In this document: piece by piece, positions 21,585 through 30,536 of the stretch | How the letters are laid out: each line of letters opens with the position of its first letter | How positions within the stretch are numbered: the first letter of the stretch is position 1 | Source: Candidatus Poribacteria bacterium | Lineage (GTDB): Bacteria; Poribacteria; WGA-4E; PCPOR2b | NCBI GenBank assembly: GCA_965208675.1 | Contig: OZ242351.1 | Coordinates: 3,968,001-4,032,000, forward strand | Length of the DNA: 64,000 nucleotides | Direction: 5' to 3' | Made by a program: the position numbers and the translations under genes | The notes under the pieces: model-generated | Databases searched by the model: none | Seen by the model: only the letters and a program-made list of their open reading frames with translations | What the model was told of the DNA's origin: nothing

Positions 21585-22311
21585 AACACCTATCGAACAA
21601 ACACTTGTCCAAGAATTAACCGCCCTGCTTGAAAAGACAGACTTGCGGGTAATCCTGCGCGCCGTTGCTGATGAACCCGATCCGGATGTTGCCATTTTCT
21701 TGGTGACGCTTCAGCAGGCTTCTCCAACCCTCGCTAACCACGCCTCCCAAATCCTCATCCATCTTCCGGCTGATAAGCAGATTGCTGTCGCTGAGCAGAT
21801 TACAACCACAGATATTGTTGAGTCAGAACGCGTACGGGTAATCCACACGCGCTTAATTGAAAATATAGTAAGTGCGACGAATCAGACCACGGTTCTTGGG
21901 GACGGCAAGTCCAATCTGATTAAACTTCTAGGACGGATGAAGACAGACGATCAGAACCGCCTGCTGGATTCACTGGCCGCAAGGCAACCAGACCTAGTCA
22001 ACGACATTCATGAACGGCTCTTCACATTTGCCGATCTCGCAACACTGAATGATTCGGCGATACAGACAATTTTGCAAGTGCTCGATCCCAGTACCATTGC
22101 GCTCGCCCTTCACAATGCACCTGAAGAGGTGCGTCAAAGGTTCCTTGAGGGCATGTCAGAAGAATTAACAGCCAATGTCGAAGACGAAACAAATCGGTTG
22201 ACCTTTGAACAGACGCAAATCGCCGACACCGCCCGGCAGTCTGTCGTAACCCTCGTCCGAAATTTCGCATCCAAAGGCATGATCTCGACCGATCGAGAAT
22301 CCGAGGAGTAG
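21577..22311 (+). CDS. FliG-like protein (middle and C-terminal domains only)
   Basis: LFTFADLATLNDSAIQTIL..IALAL..APEEVRQRFLEGMS resembles FliG_C; TTG 21577 follows AGGAGG. Confidence 0.7.
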   Translation: MSETPIEQTLVQELTALLEKTDLRVILRAVADEPDPDVAIFLVTLQQASPTLANHASQILIHLPADKQIAVAEQITTTDIVESERVRVIHTRLIENIVSATNQTTVLGDGKSNLIKLLGRMKTDDQNRLLDSLAARQPDLVNDIHERLFTFADLATLNDSAIQTILQVLDPSTIALALHNAPEEVRQRFLEGMSEELTANVEDETNRLTFEQTQIADTARQSVVTLVRNFASKGMISTDRESEE

Positions 22312-22380
22312 TTCAAACTTGTGAATCCCTGACTCGTTCGGTTCTCCAGAATCTGCTGCTTACCGGGGCATCCATTTATT

Positions 22381-23346
22381 GTGAATGACCAAAAAATCCT
22401 TCCCGTCCGCATTGGTGTGTCAACCTGTCTGTTGGGTGAAAGAGTACGGTTCGATGGTGGACACAAGCGCGATGCATTTCTTGTAGATGTCTTTGGGCGT
22501 TATGTGGAATGGGTACCGGTATGCCCCGAAGTGGAGATGGGGTTAGGAACGCCGCGCGAACCGATTCGACTTATCCAGCAAGAAAAGGACATCCGGTTCC
22601 TGATATCCAAGAGCGGCGTTAACCACACCGAAGCCATGCGGAATTATGCTGCAAGGCGGGTCGCAGAATTGGGAAAGGAGAACTTGTCCGGTTATGTGCT
22701 CAAATCCAATTCCCCTAGCTGCGGCATGGAGCGGGTGCGGGTGTATCAGCCTTCAGGCAGCGCCAACCGGACCGGTACAGGACTGTTTGCTGGCGTGCTA
22801 ATGAAATCGTTCCCAAACCTACCCGTAGAAGAGGAGGGGCGGCTGCGGGACGCACGTCTACGAGAAAATTTCATCAGCCGCGTTTTCGCTTACCAGCGGT
22901 GGCAGCGCGCGACGCAAAACGGGGTCAACCGAGCCGCATTAACACGATTCCACGAACGTCACAAATTTCTGCTGATGGCTCACAACCAGACCGGCACGCG
23001 GCGGTTAGGGCGTTTGCTGGGAACGCCAAAGCAATTCTCCGCCAACTGCGCTCTCGCAGCCGATTACATGCAAGAATTCTCCAACGTCATGCGGCGTACA
23101 CCCACCATCCGCAATCACACAAACGTACTGCAGCACATGGCGGGATATTTCTCGAAGGATCTCACGACGGATGACCGGCGTGAACTCGCCGACACAATCC
23201 TCCGATACAGGCAGGAACTCCTGCCGCTGATTGTCCCGATAACGCTCATCCGCCACTATGTGCGGAAGCACAACGTAGCGTACCTCCAAAGTCAGGTTTA
23301 TCTCGACCCGCACCCGTACGAGCTAATGCTGCTAAACCAACTTTAA
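22381..23346 (+). CDS. DUF523 (2-thiouracil desulfurase-like)-DUF1722 (YbgA) fusion protein
   Basis: GVSTCLLGERVRFDGGH, PVCPE, KSNSPSCG, VEEEGRL, HTNVLQHMAGYF. Confidence 0.9.
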   Translation: MNDQKILPVRIGVSTCLLGERVRFDGGHKRDAFLVDVFGRYVEWVPVCPEVEMGLGTPREPIRLIQQEKDIRFLISKSGVNHTEAMRNYAARRVAELGKENLSGYVLKSNSPSCGMERVRVYQPSGSANRTGTGLFAGVLMKSFPNLPVEEEGRLRDARLRENFISRVFAYQRWQRATQNGVNRAALTRFHERHKFLLMAHNQTGTRRLGRLLGTPKQFSANCALAADYMQEFSNVMRRTPTIRNHTNVLQHMAGYFSKDLTTDDRRELADTILRYRQELLPLIVPITLIRHYVRKHNVAYLQSQVYLDPHPYELMLLNQL

Positions 23347-23578
23347 TAGAGCTTGCACAGTTCAGGATGTTGCCGCGCAATTTGTTGCACGTCGCATTCG
23401 TTCACTTGCTTTTTACCCGCCTGACATACGAATTTTGGTCGAACTGAAAAATGAACTAAAACCCCATCGTATCCGCTATGCGCTCCATTCAGCCTTACGC
23501 CCGACATTTGGGGTCTAATGCGCAAGACTTTCACAAATGCTCTTGGAATAGACCACCGAAAAACAGGAGGATGGTATT

Positions 23579-24034
23579 GTGTACAAAACAAAAATGCCCG
23601 CTGTTTTTAGAATTACAGCAGACGGAATGAAATCCCTGATTAAAAGTCGTAAATATTTCCTTCTGTGCATAACCGTTGTTGTGGTTGCGAGTTCTGGTTG
23701 CATTCCGTCTTCTTCGCAACTATCACAGACGGAAAAGAAATTGGAAGGCGTCCTCGATTTTGGGGCTGTGGGTACTTTGCCAGCATGTTTCCTGACTTTT
23801 AACGAACCCCATTTTGTCAATCGAATTGTAATAAATACGAAATACTCAGTCAAGGGTATCGGTGTCTATATCTCAACCGGAAATGACTTGTGGTATCACG
23901 TCAAGCAGTTTAAGCGACCTATAAGTGGTGCAACTAACGTCAAAATTGGAAGGAAAACTGATATTATTCGGGTGACAAGGAATATTCCGGCCGCACCCGT
24001 AGCTGTGGAGAGCATCGAAGCGTTCGGCAACTAA
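23579..24034 (+). CDS. Hypothetical exported/lipoprotein
   Basis: Hydrophobic N-terminus ending SSGC; start probably at MKSLIK. Confidence 0.55.
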   Translation: MYKTKMPAVFRITADGMKSLIKSRKYFLLCITVVVVASSGCIPSSSQLSQTEKKLEGVLDFGAVGTLPACFLTFNEPHFVNRIVINTKYSVKGIGVYISTGNDLWYHVKQFKRPISGATNVKIGRKTDIIRVTRNIPAAPVAVESIEAFGN

Positions 24035-24123
24035 ATCGGAAAACTGAGGCATTATGGATTGGAGGTGCCTCCCTATTTTTGCCGATAGAAGCAAAACATA
24101 TTCGAATTTTTATCACTAGAAAC

Positions 24124-25497
24124 TCAACCACCGTTCAGGCGAGACCCATTCGTTACAGACTCAATCGAGGAGTACACAATGTCCAGAAGCTGATCCAGTT
24201 CGGATGTGGAGATTTGCAATGGGGGCATCAACACAATCGTATTGACGATTGGACGAAGCATCACCCCGCGCTTCAATGCCTCATTGCAAACCTGAGCGCC
24301 AACCTTTTCTTCAAATGTAAATTCCTCCTTTGTCTCTCTGTCTCTCACCAACTCTATGCCGGCAGCCAACCCGCAAACGCGGACATCTCCGACATGGTCA
24401 AGATTGTAAAAATCCTTGAGACGGCTCTGGAAACGTACAATGGTGGGCTGAATCTTTTCCAGAAGCCCCTCTTTTTCAAAAATCTCTAAGTTTGCGTACG
24501 CAGCCGTGCACCCCAACTGGTTACCCGTGAACGTATGCCCGTGAAAGAATGTCTTGAAATCTTTGTACTCTCCCAAGAAGGCATTGTAAATCTCATCGGA
24601 AGTGAGCGTCGCCGCCAAGGGGAGATATCCTGCCGACAACCCTTTCGCCGTACACAGTATATCTGGGACGGCATCTTCATGCTCGCACGCCCACATCCGC
24701 CCCGTGCGTCCAATTCCGGTCATCACTTCATCCAAAATGAGAAGTGTGTCGAATCTCCTCGCCAGCGTTTCCACTCCCTTCAAGAGTCCTTCAGGGGCGG
24801 TAATCATGCCGCCCGCGCCTTGAATCAACGGCTCAATAATTATCCCGGCAACCTGCCGATTAAATTTGTGTAAGGTTTTCTCCAGTTCACGCAGGCAATA
24901 GTCTCTGACAGCTTCAGGCTGGTCTCCGGCAGGAGAACGGTAGACATAAGGCGCCGGAACGTGAACGGTTTCAAAAAGAAGGCCGTCAAACGTGCGGTGG
25001 AATACCTCAATACAGCCAACACTCATTGCGCCTACGGTGTCGCCATGGTAAGCGCTATCCAAATTCACAAATATCTTGCGCTCAGACTCGCCCTTGTGCT
25101 GCCAGTATTGGTACGCAATCTTTAAGGCAATCTCTACAGACGTCGCGCCGTTGTCCGAATAAAAGACCTTGTCTAATCCCTCCGGCGTAATCTCAACGAG
25201 TTTCTTCGCTAATTTAATTGCGGGGACGTTGGAATACCCTAACAACGTCGAGTGTGCAATCTTGTCAATTTGCGCCTTGATGGCATCGTTAATCTCTAAC
25301 CGGTTGTGGCCGTGGACGTTTGTCCACATCGAAGCCACCCCGTCAATGTAGCGGTTGCCCGCCGTGTCAATTAAATAGACCCCCTCTCCCCGTTCAATAA
25401 TAACCGGCTCTTCCGCGAGCCAATCTTGCATTTGCGTGAAAGGGTGCCAAAGATAGCGCCTGTCCCAATCTATCAGAGTCTGCTTGTCCAACATCAC
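24124..25497 (-). CDS. bioA: Adenosylmethionine-8-amino-7-oxononanoate aminotransferase
   Basis: LWHPFTQM, YHGDT, EPLIQGAGGM, DEVMTG, AKGLSAGY, FFHGHTFTGN. Confidence 0.95.
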   Translation of the reverse strand: MMLDKQTLIDWDRRYLWHPFTQMQDWLAEEPVIIERGEGVYLIDTAGNRYIDGVASMWTNVHGHNRLEINDAIKAQIDKIAHSTLLGYSNVPAIKLAKKLVEITPEGLDKVFYSDNGATSVEIALKIAYQYWQHKGESERKIFVNLDSAYHGDTVGAMSVGCIEVFHRTFDGLLFETVHVPAPYVYRSPAGDQPEAVRDYCLRELEKTLHKFNRQVAGIIIEPLIQGAGGMITAPEGLLKGVETLARRFDTLLILDEVMTGIGRTGRMWACEHEDAVPDILCTAKGLSAGYLPLAATLTSDEIYNAFLGEYKDFKTFFHGHTFTGNQLGCTAAYANLEIFEKEGLLEKIQPTIVRFQSRLKDFYNLDHVGDVRVCGLAAGIELVRDRETKEEFTFEEKVGAQVCNEALKRGVMLRPIVNTIVLMPPLQISTSELDQLLDIVYSSIESVTNGSRLNGG

Positions 25498-25533
25498 AAT
25501 TTGAGTTACGGCTGAATGCCAACCGCCTAAAAT

Positions 25534-25574
25534 AAAAAAGCGGAATCTAGGGCGCGCCCCCGATTCCGCTTTTT
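25534..25574. terminator. Rho-independent terminator (bidirectional shape)
   Basis: AAAAAAGCGGAATC...GATTCCGCTTTTT. Confidence 0.75.
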
Positions 25575-25593
25575 GGTTATAGTTGGTTACGAA

Positions 25594-26835
25594 CTACCCC
25601 TTTAATTTCGCATAATGAACTTCATGCTCAGTCGGCAAATCTTCAACTTTGCCGGACTTCGGAACAATTATTTCAAGCAGCTTGTCGCGATACGTATCCC
25701 GGAAATTTTCAGGATTCCCCTCAATATGGAATGTGTTCGTGAACCCGTTGGGGAATGAACTTGCCCGGCCGAGCACATCGCTGAATCGAGGATCCTCTAG
25801 CTTCGACTCAACAGTCAAAATATTCCCTTCCAGATGAACCTGATACGCATAGTCAGGCATCAAATCTGGCAGGTTGTGCTCCTTCTTGTATTCACTATCA
25901 GGTACCCACCGCGGGAACTCAACTTCGATAATATAGCGGTCTGCTGTGGTTTTGAATCGATGCATCATGCCGTAACGGCGGTAGCGTTCCCGCGTGTCCT
26001 CGGCATAAATGTGACCATCCGCAAGAACCGCCCCAGGGAGGCTTGAGCGCGGTGCATCTGGCTCAACGGCAATTACGGGGCGCAGCCATGATAGCAGCGG
26101 AGTCGCAATAAACGACGGCAGCCAACCGTACCACGCGGCGCCGTAACGCGGCTCCTCGTCGCTTTCAGTCGCAACTAGTACATCCTTGAATCGAAACATG
26201 CCTTCACCAATTGCGAGAGCCACGCCAAGCAAAATGAATAAGTTTCCTCGGCTTGTAAATAGGTCAACACCCCAAACCGCCGCGCCAATCATGAAAAACG
26301 CCAGCGGGTAAACCGCCAAGTTAATCAGACTGTTAATTCCCGTCGAAACCGACGCGCTGAACACCTTTGCGTCTGACGCCAATTCCTCTAGGTCGCTCTT
26401 GAATCTCGCCGATAACGCTCCCAACAATGGTTGCGAAAACATCACGTGCATGCGGAAAAAACCGCGAATCGAAGATTTTGGCGCTTCGAGCATTTGGACA
26501 AATTCTTCTACTTCGGAAGCCCTAAACGCTTCATCTTCTTCCCCTTGCGCTGTTCCGCCTTGTCCAGTCCCTTCACCCGCACCCGGTTTAACAAATGTCT
26601 CAAAAAATTTGCTGTTTATTTCATTGTACGAAGTCCACTCTTCCGGCACGTCATCAATCATAAAAATCGCATCAACAGGGCATGCGGGCTCACATGCGGC
26701 GCAGTCAATACACTCTGCAGGATTAATGAATAATTGTTTTTCCCCTTCAGTTGTATGAATACAGTCCACCGGACACACGTCAACACATGCAGTGTCCATC
26801 ACATCCACACACGGTTCACAGATTACATACGCCAT
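25594..26835 (-). CDS. Dicluster ferredoxin fused to a membrane region and an HSP20-like C-terminal domain
   Basis: CEPCVDVMDTACVDVCPVDC and CIDCAACEPACP, TM helices, then YIIEVEFP..HLEGNILTV..FTNTF..YRDKLLEIIVPK. Confidence 0.75.
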   Translation of the reverse strand: MAYVICEPCVDVMDTACVDVCPVDCIHTTEGEKQLFINPAECIDCAACEPACPVDAIFMIDDVPEEWTSYNEINSKFFETFVKPGAGEGTGQGGTAQGEEDEAFRASEVEEFVQMLEAPKSSIRGFFRMHVMFSQPLLGALSARFKSDLEELASDAKVFSASVSTGINSLINLAVYPLAFFMIGAAVWGVDLFTSRGNLFILLGVALAIGEGMFRFKDVLVATESDEEPRYGAAWYGWLPSFIATPLLSWLRPVIAVEPDAPRSSLPGAVLADGHIYAEDTRERYRRYGMMHRFKTTADRYIIEVEFPRWVPDSEYKKEHNLPDLMPDYAYQVHLEGNILTVESKLEDPRFSDVLGRASSFPNGFTNTFHIEGNPENFRDTYRDKLLEIIVPKSGKVEDLPTEHEVHYAKLKG

Positions 26836-26883
26836 TTTCCGTCTCTCCTAAAACGAAACCGATTCCTCCGAAATCTCGCCAAA

Positions 26884-26912
26884 ATTATACCACAGTGCAA
26901 TTCACCTGACAA
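26884..26912 (-). promoter_or_regulatory. Sigma70 promoter of the ferredoxin fusion gene
   Basis: Minus strand TTGTCA-17 nt-TATAAT with extended -10 TG. Confidence 0.7.
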
Positions 26913-26944
26913 GGATATTTGAACCCGTGTGCGCTCCGATGGCA

Positions 26945-28600
26945 TTACAGCAATCCAACTTTTAATTCGGCATTCAAGTCAAAAATGTGTTGCCTATAGG
27001 CGTTTACTTCGGCGGAAACCCTAGCCTTGTCCCATTGTCCGCGCTCAACGAGAAACTGTGCGATTTCCGGTGCAGTATCAACGCCCTGCCCCGCCGTCAA
27101 ACCGATGCGCATCCGGCGCCAGAGGAGGTCGTCGAGCGTCATCGCCATTTCGCCCCAAAAGGCATAGAGCACTTCCGCTTTCAAGAATGCTGACGCTTCC
27201 GGCATCGGTTCCGCGAGCGATGGATCGCGGTCTATTAACGTCAAGATAGCGTCCGCTCCCGCACCGTACCGTTGGACAATCCGTTCCCAATCGGCATCCG
27301 CCAGCGCGTCGTTCTTTCGAGTCACTCCCTCGGCATTTAGCAACGGATTCGTGCCGGTCTTGCAGTGACGCGGACGCTGAAGTTCTTCCGCGATGTAGTT
27401 GACAGCTTCCTCGGCAATCTGTCGGTGCGTGGTTAATTTTCCACCGTAGATATACATCACGCCGCTGTCACTCTCAGCAATCAAGTGTTCTCGTGAAACA
27501 AAACCGCCGTTTTTGGAGGCGATTAGAGGGCGCACACCAGCGTATGCCGAAACAACGTCCCGCCGGTTTGCCGCCGCCGTTGGAAAAATTCGCGCCGTTT
27601 CTGCTAAGAGATAGTCCACCTCGTCACTAGACGGGCGCACTGCGTCAAGATCCTCTCCAGGATCGGATTCAGTGGTGCCGACCGCTGACAAGTCCGCATC
27701 GTATGAAAGCGTAAACACAATGCGCGGTTTCTCATTCTTTCGCTTTTCCGATCGTGTAAACGCAGCGATACCGTAGCGGTTCGGGTTCAATCGGGGCAAT
27801 AGGATATGAATTCCTTTCGCCTTCCGGGTTGTCAACCTCGGCACACCGTTATAGGCAGAGTCCTTTTCCCATAACCGGTCCGTCCAAGGCCCCGTTGCCG
27901 ACACAACTTTCCGAGCGGCAATCTCAAACAGTTCCCCGGAGATTGCATCCTCAACTCGCACGGTATATCCGCCGCTAGAACTATTGGACTGAGCATCGGA
28001 TTCGAGAAAGCGAACGTAGTTGGTGATAACCGCACCGTGCTGATGTGCATCCTTGAGTGTCAGCAGTGTCAACCGCGCATCATCGACCATGCTATCCCAA
28101 ACGACGACGCACCCTTTCAACGAATTAGTCTCAATAGGTCCGACCAAACGCTGAATCTGCGCCGCATCACGGTAGGAACATGCCCGCTCAGCGTCATCAG
28201 TTTTAGATAGATGATTGTAATACCGCGCCGCAATCTGCATACCGGAGAGCGGATACGGATCGCCCTTATAGTTGAGTATGGCAATAGGTAACGGCTTGAC
28301 GAGGTTCGGCGCGATACGCAACAGTGTCTCTCGTTCACGCCGCGCTTCCTTTATCAGCGAAAAGTCGCGCTTGATAAGATATCTAAAACCGCCGTGGATC
28401 AGTTGGGAAGTTGCGCTGCTTGTACCGTTCGAAAAGTCGCTCTTTTCAATGAGCGCAGCCTTGAAATGCCCGTTCAAGGCGAGGTCGCGAATTAGACCCG
28501 CCCCCACGATGCCGCCGCCGATGACCAAGACATCAAACGGCTCGCTTGTTAAGCGTTTGATATTGTGAGCCCGAGTTCGCGCTGAAAATTCGGTCGACAT
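26945..28600 (-). CDS. FAD-dependent glycerol-3-phosphate dehydrogenase/oxidase family
   Basis: IGGGIVG, GTSSATSQLIHGGFRYL, DDARL, ATGPW, AGVRPL, GGKLTT; start ATG 28600 just after the upstream TGA. Confidence 0.88.
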   Translation of the reverse strand: MSTEFSARTRAHNIKRLTSEPFDVLVIGGGIVGAGLIRDLALNGHFKAALIEKSDFSNGTSSATSQLIHGGFRYLIKRDFSLIKEARRERETLLRIAPNLVKPLPIAILNYKGDPYPLSGMQIAARYYNHLSKTDDAERACSYRDAAQIQRLVGPIETNSLKGCVVVWDSMVDDARLTLLTLKDAHQHGAVITNYVRFLESDAQSNSSSGGYTVRVEDAISGELFEIAARKVVSATGPWTDRLWEKDSAYNGVPRLTTRKAKGIHILLPRLNPNRYGIAAFTRSEKRKNEKPRIVFTLSYDADLSAVGTTESDPGEDLDAVRPSSDEVDYLLAETARIFPTAAANRRDVVSAYAGVRPLIASKNGGFVSREHLIAESDSGVMYIYGGKLTTHRQIAEEAVNYIAEELQRPRHCKTGTNPLLNAEGVTRKNDALADADWERIVQRYGAGADAILTLIDRDPSLAEPMPEASAFLKAEVLYAFWGEMAMTLDDLLWRRMRIGLTAGQGVDTAPEIAQFLVERGQWDKARVSAEVNAYRQHIFDLNAELKVGLL

Positions 28601-28601
28601 G

Positions 28602-29984
28602 TCAAGCCGCATATTGTTTCGCGAGCATTTCGGCATGAAGCGCAACTTTGCGGATGGCGGCGAGCACGCCCGCCGCTGCGTCGGGGATCGGATCTGCCAA
28701 AACCGGCAGAAACACCAACCGCGAGCAGGTTTTTTCACTGATGGGTAAATCGCCCGCAGCCGTGCCGCGGTAATCACCGCCCATTTCGGGCGTGCACAAG
28801 GCACCTCGTCCCTCGGTGTAAATATCTAGCCCTTCCGTAAACAGCGGTAGGTTGTGGAGAAGCGGATACGGGTTGTCGTTGGTCGGCAAGCTGCCCGAGA
28901 AGATTGGTACCCCGTCGCCGACTAGAAGCGGGTACGGATTATTGTTCGCGAGAACCCCCTCTTTTCGGAGCGCATCTGCAAAGACAGGCGCCGGTAATCC
29001 GCTAAGCTCAGCCTGATCGTAATGGACCGGGAAACCAAAGAATCCCGCCGGTTCTGTTCCCGCATACCTTTCAACAGGACTTACCCCCGGAATTGATTCC
29101 AATCCGCCTGACACCTCTTGAATGTATGCGCGGCGCTTCGCGTTCAGCGCATCCAGTTTCTTCATCTGCACCGATGCGATGCCGATTGCGAGCGGGTGCG
29201 CGCGGTATTTGACGCCAAGCCCCATCGGGGGGAGATGCTTGTATTTGGAACTTCCCCCTTCAATTTTAACCGAACGGTTCACCTGGCCAAGTAAACAAGC
29301 GCGCTCAAACACCGCGGGGTCGTTGGTTGCTAGTACCCCGCCTTCACCGGCGCTCACCGGTTTGCTGCCTTGTAAACTCCAAGCACCGGCGTGTCCGATG
29401 CTGCCGCACGGCTTCCCTTTGTAACTTGCGCCGTGTGCGTGAGAGCAATCCTCTATCACCGGCACCCCAGTCTCCTCACTCAACGCCATCAGCGCATCCA
29501 TATCGCAGACATTCCCCCACAGGTGCACCGCCACAATCGCTTTCGTCCGGTCAGTGATGCGCCGCCGCACATCTGCCGCGTCAATTAGCAAAGTTCGCGG
29601 GTCAATCTCGCAAAATACCGGTTTCGCCATCAGCATCAACGCCGGCGTAATCGAACAGATCCACGTATAAGTCGGGCAGATGACTTCATCACCGGGACCA
29701 ACCCCGAGGCCGAACATGGCGCTGTGAATCGCCGCGGTTCCGTTGATAAGGCTAATCGCAAATTCGGTGTGATGTCGTTCACGCCACATCTCCTCAAACT
29801 CCTGAACCACTGGAGATGCCCCGGATAGCTCGTTCCGCAGCGTCATCTCATAAGCAATCTGCGCTTCAGCCTCCGTGATTTGCCGCCACTGTTCTAGTTT
29901 TGGATAAGCCGAGGCTGGGTCAGATTCAAAGACCGGCGTTCCGCCCAGAGCGGCAGGCAGGTTTTTCAGATCCAAATTTGGCAT
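28602..29984 (-). CDS. DegT/DnrJ/EryC1/StrS PLP aminotransferase
   Basis: NGTAAIH, VHLWG, IEDCSHAHG, WSLQGSKPVSAGEGG. Confidence 0.9.
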   Translation of the reverse strand: MPNLDLKNLPAALGGTPVFESDPASAYPKLEQWRQITEAEAQIAYEMTLRNELSGASPVVQEFEEMWRERHHTEFAISLINGTAAIHSAMFGLGVGPGDEVICPTYTWICSITPALMLMAKPVFCEIDPRTLLIDAADVRRRITDRTKAIVAVHLWGNVCDMDALMALSEETGVPVIEDCSHAHGASYKGKPCGSIGHAGAWSLQGSKPVSAGEGGVLATNDPAVFERACLLGQVNRSVKIEGGSSKYKHLPPMGLGVKYRAHPLAIGIASVQMKKLDALNAKRRAYIQEVSGGLESIPGVSPVERYAGTEPAGFFGFPVHYDQAELSGLPAPVFADALRKEGVLANNNPYPLLVGDGVPIFSGSLPTNDNPYPLLHNLPLFTEGLDIYTEGRGALCTPEMGGDYRGTAAGDLPISEKTCSRLVFLPVLADPIPDAAAGVLAAIRKVALHAEMLAKQYAA

Positions 29985-30275
29985 GGGATGTAGATTAACC
30001 CCTGGTGAATTTCAATCTGTGTCGAACCCCAAATGCGAATTGGCATTTCACCTTAATAGTCAATTCCATTCAATTTTACTCCTTACTCCTTACGCATTAT
30101 TCTCCACACATGTTTCGATAGGTGCGGTTTCCAAACCCCACTTACCGCAGCGTAATTGTGACATCTGCGCAACGCTGTTGTATCACTTCTGCAACAGGTT
30201 CTCTGAATTCAACCTTGTAAATCCTGGTCCGGGCTGGTGTTTGATTTTGGCATTTAAATTGCAATTTGCTAGGGA

Positions 30276-30304
30276 AGAATAGCATATTTGATCGCATTTG
30301 TCAA
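30276..30304 (-). promoter_or_regulatory. Sigma70 promoter for the aminotransferase-glpD operon
   Basis: Minus strand TTGACA-17 nt-TATTCT with TG. Confidence 0.6.
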
Positions 30305-30474
30305 TACGGCGCAAGTTCCCGCTAGCAGACCCATTCACCTTTAAGCCGGTTTCTACCCTTGCAATCCTAAGAACTGCCGGGGCAGGTTGTTACGAAAATT
30401 GTGTAACTTGTGCATAAAAAAAATTAGTCTTTCAGGCTTCTCTTTGTCGTATTAGAGAGCACTCTCCAACACAC

Positions 30475-30503
30475 TTGACAGCAAGTGCGCCTTAGGCTAC
30501 AAT
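30475..30503 (+). promoter_or_regulatory. Sigma70 promoter of the TonB-dependent receptor
   Basis: TTGACA-17 nt-TACAAT. Confidence 0.7.
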
Positions 30504-30536
30504 GCAAGAAATTATCGTTCAATAAGAAAGAGATTA

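Noticed and set aside
28601-28804. 68-aa N-terminal extension of the GlpD-like ORF
   Set aside because: It overlaps the aminotransferase 3' end; ATG 28600 gives a normal N-terminus.
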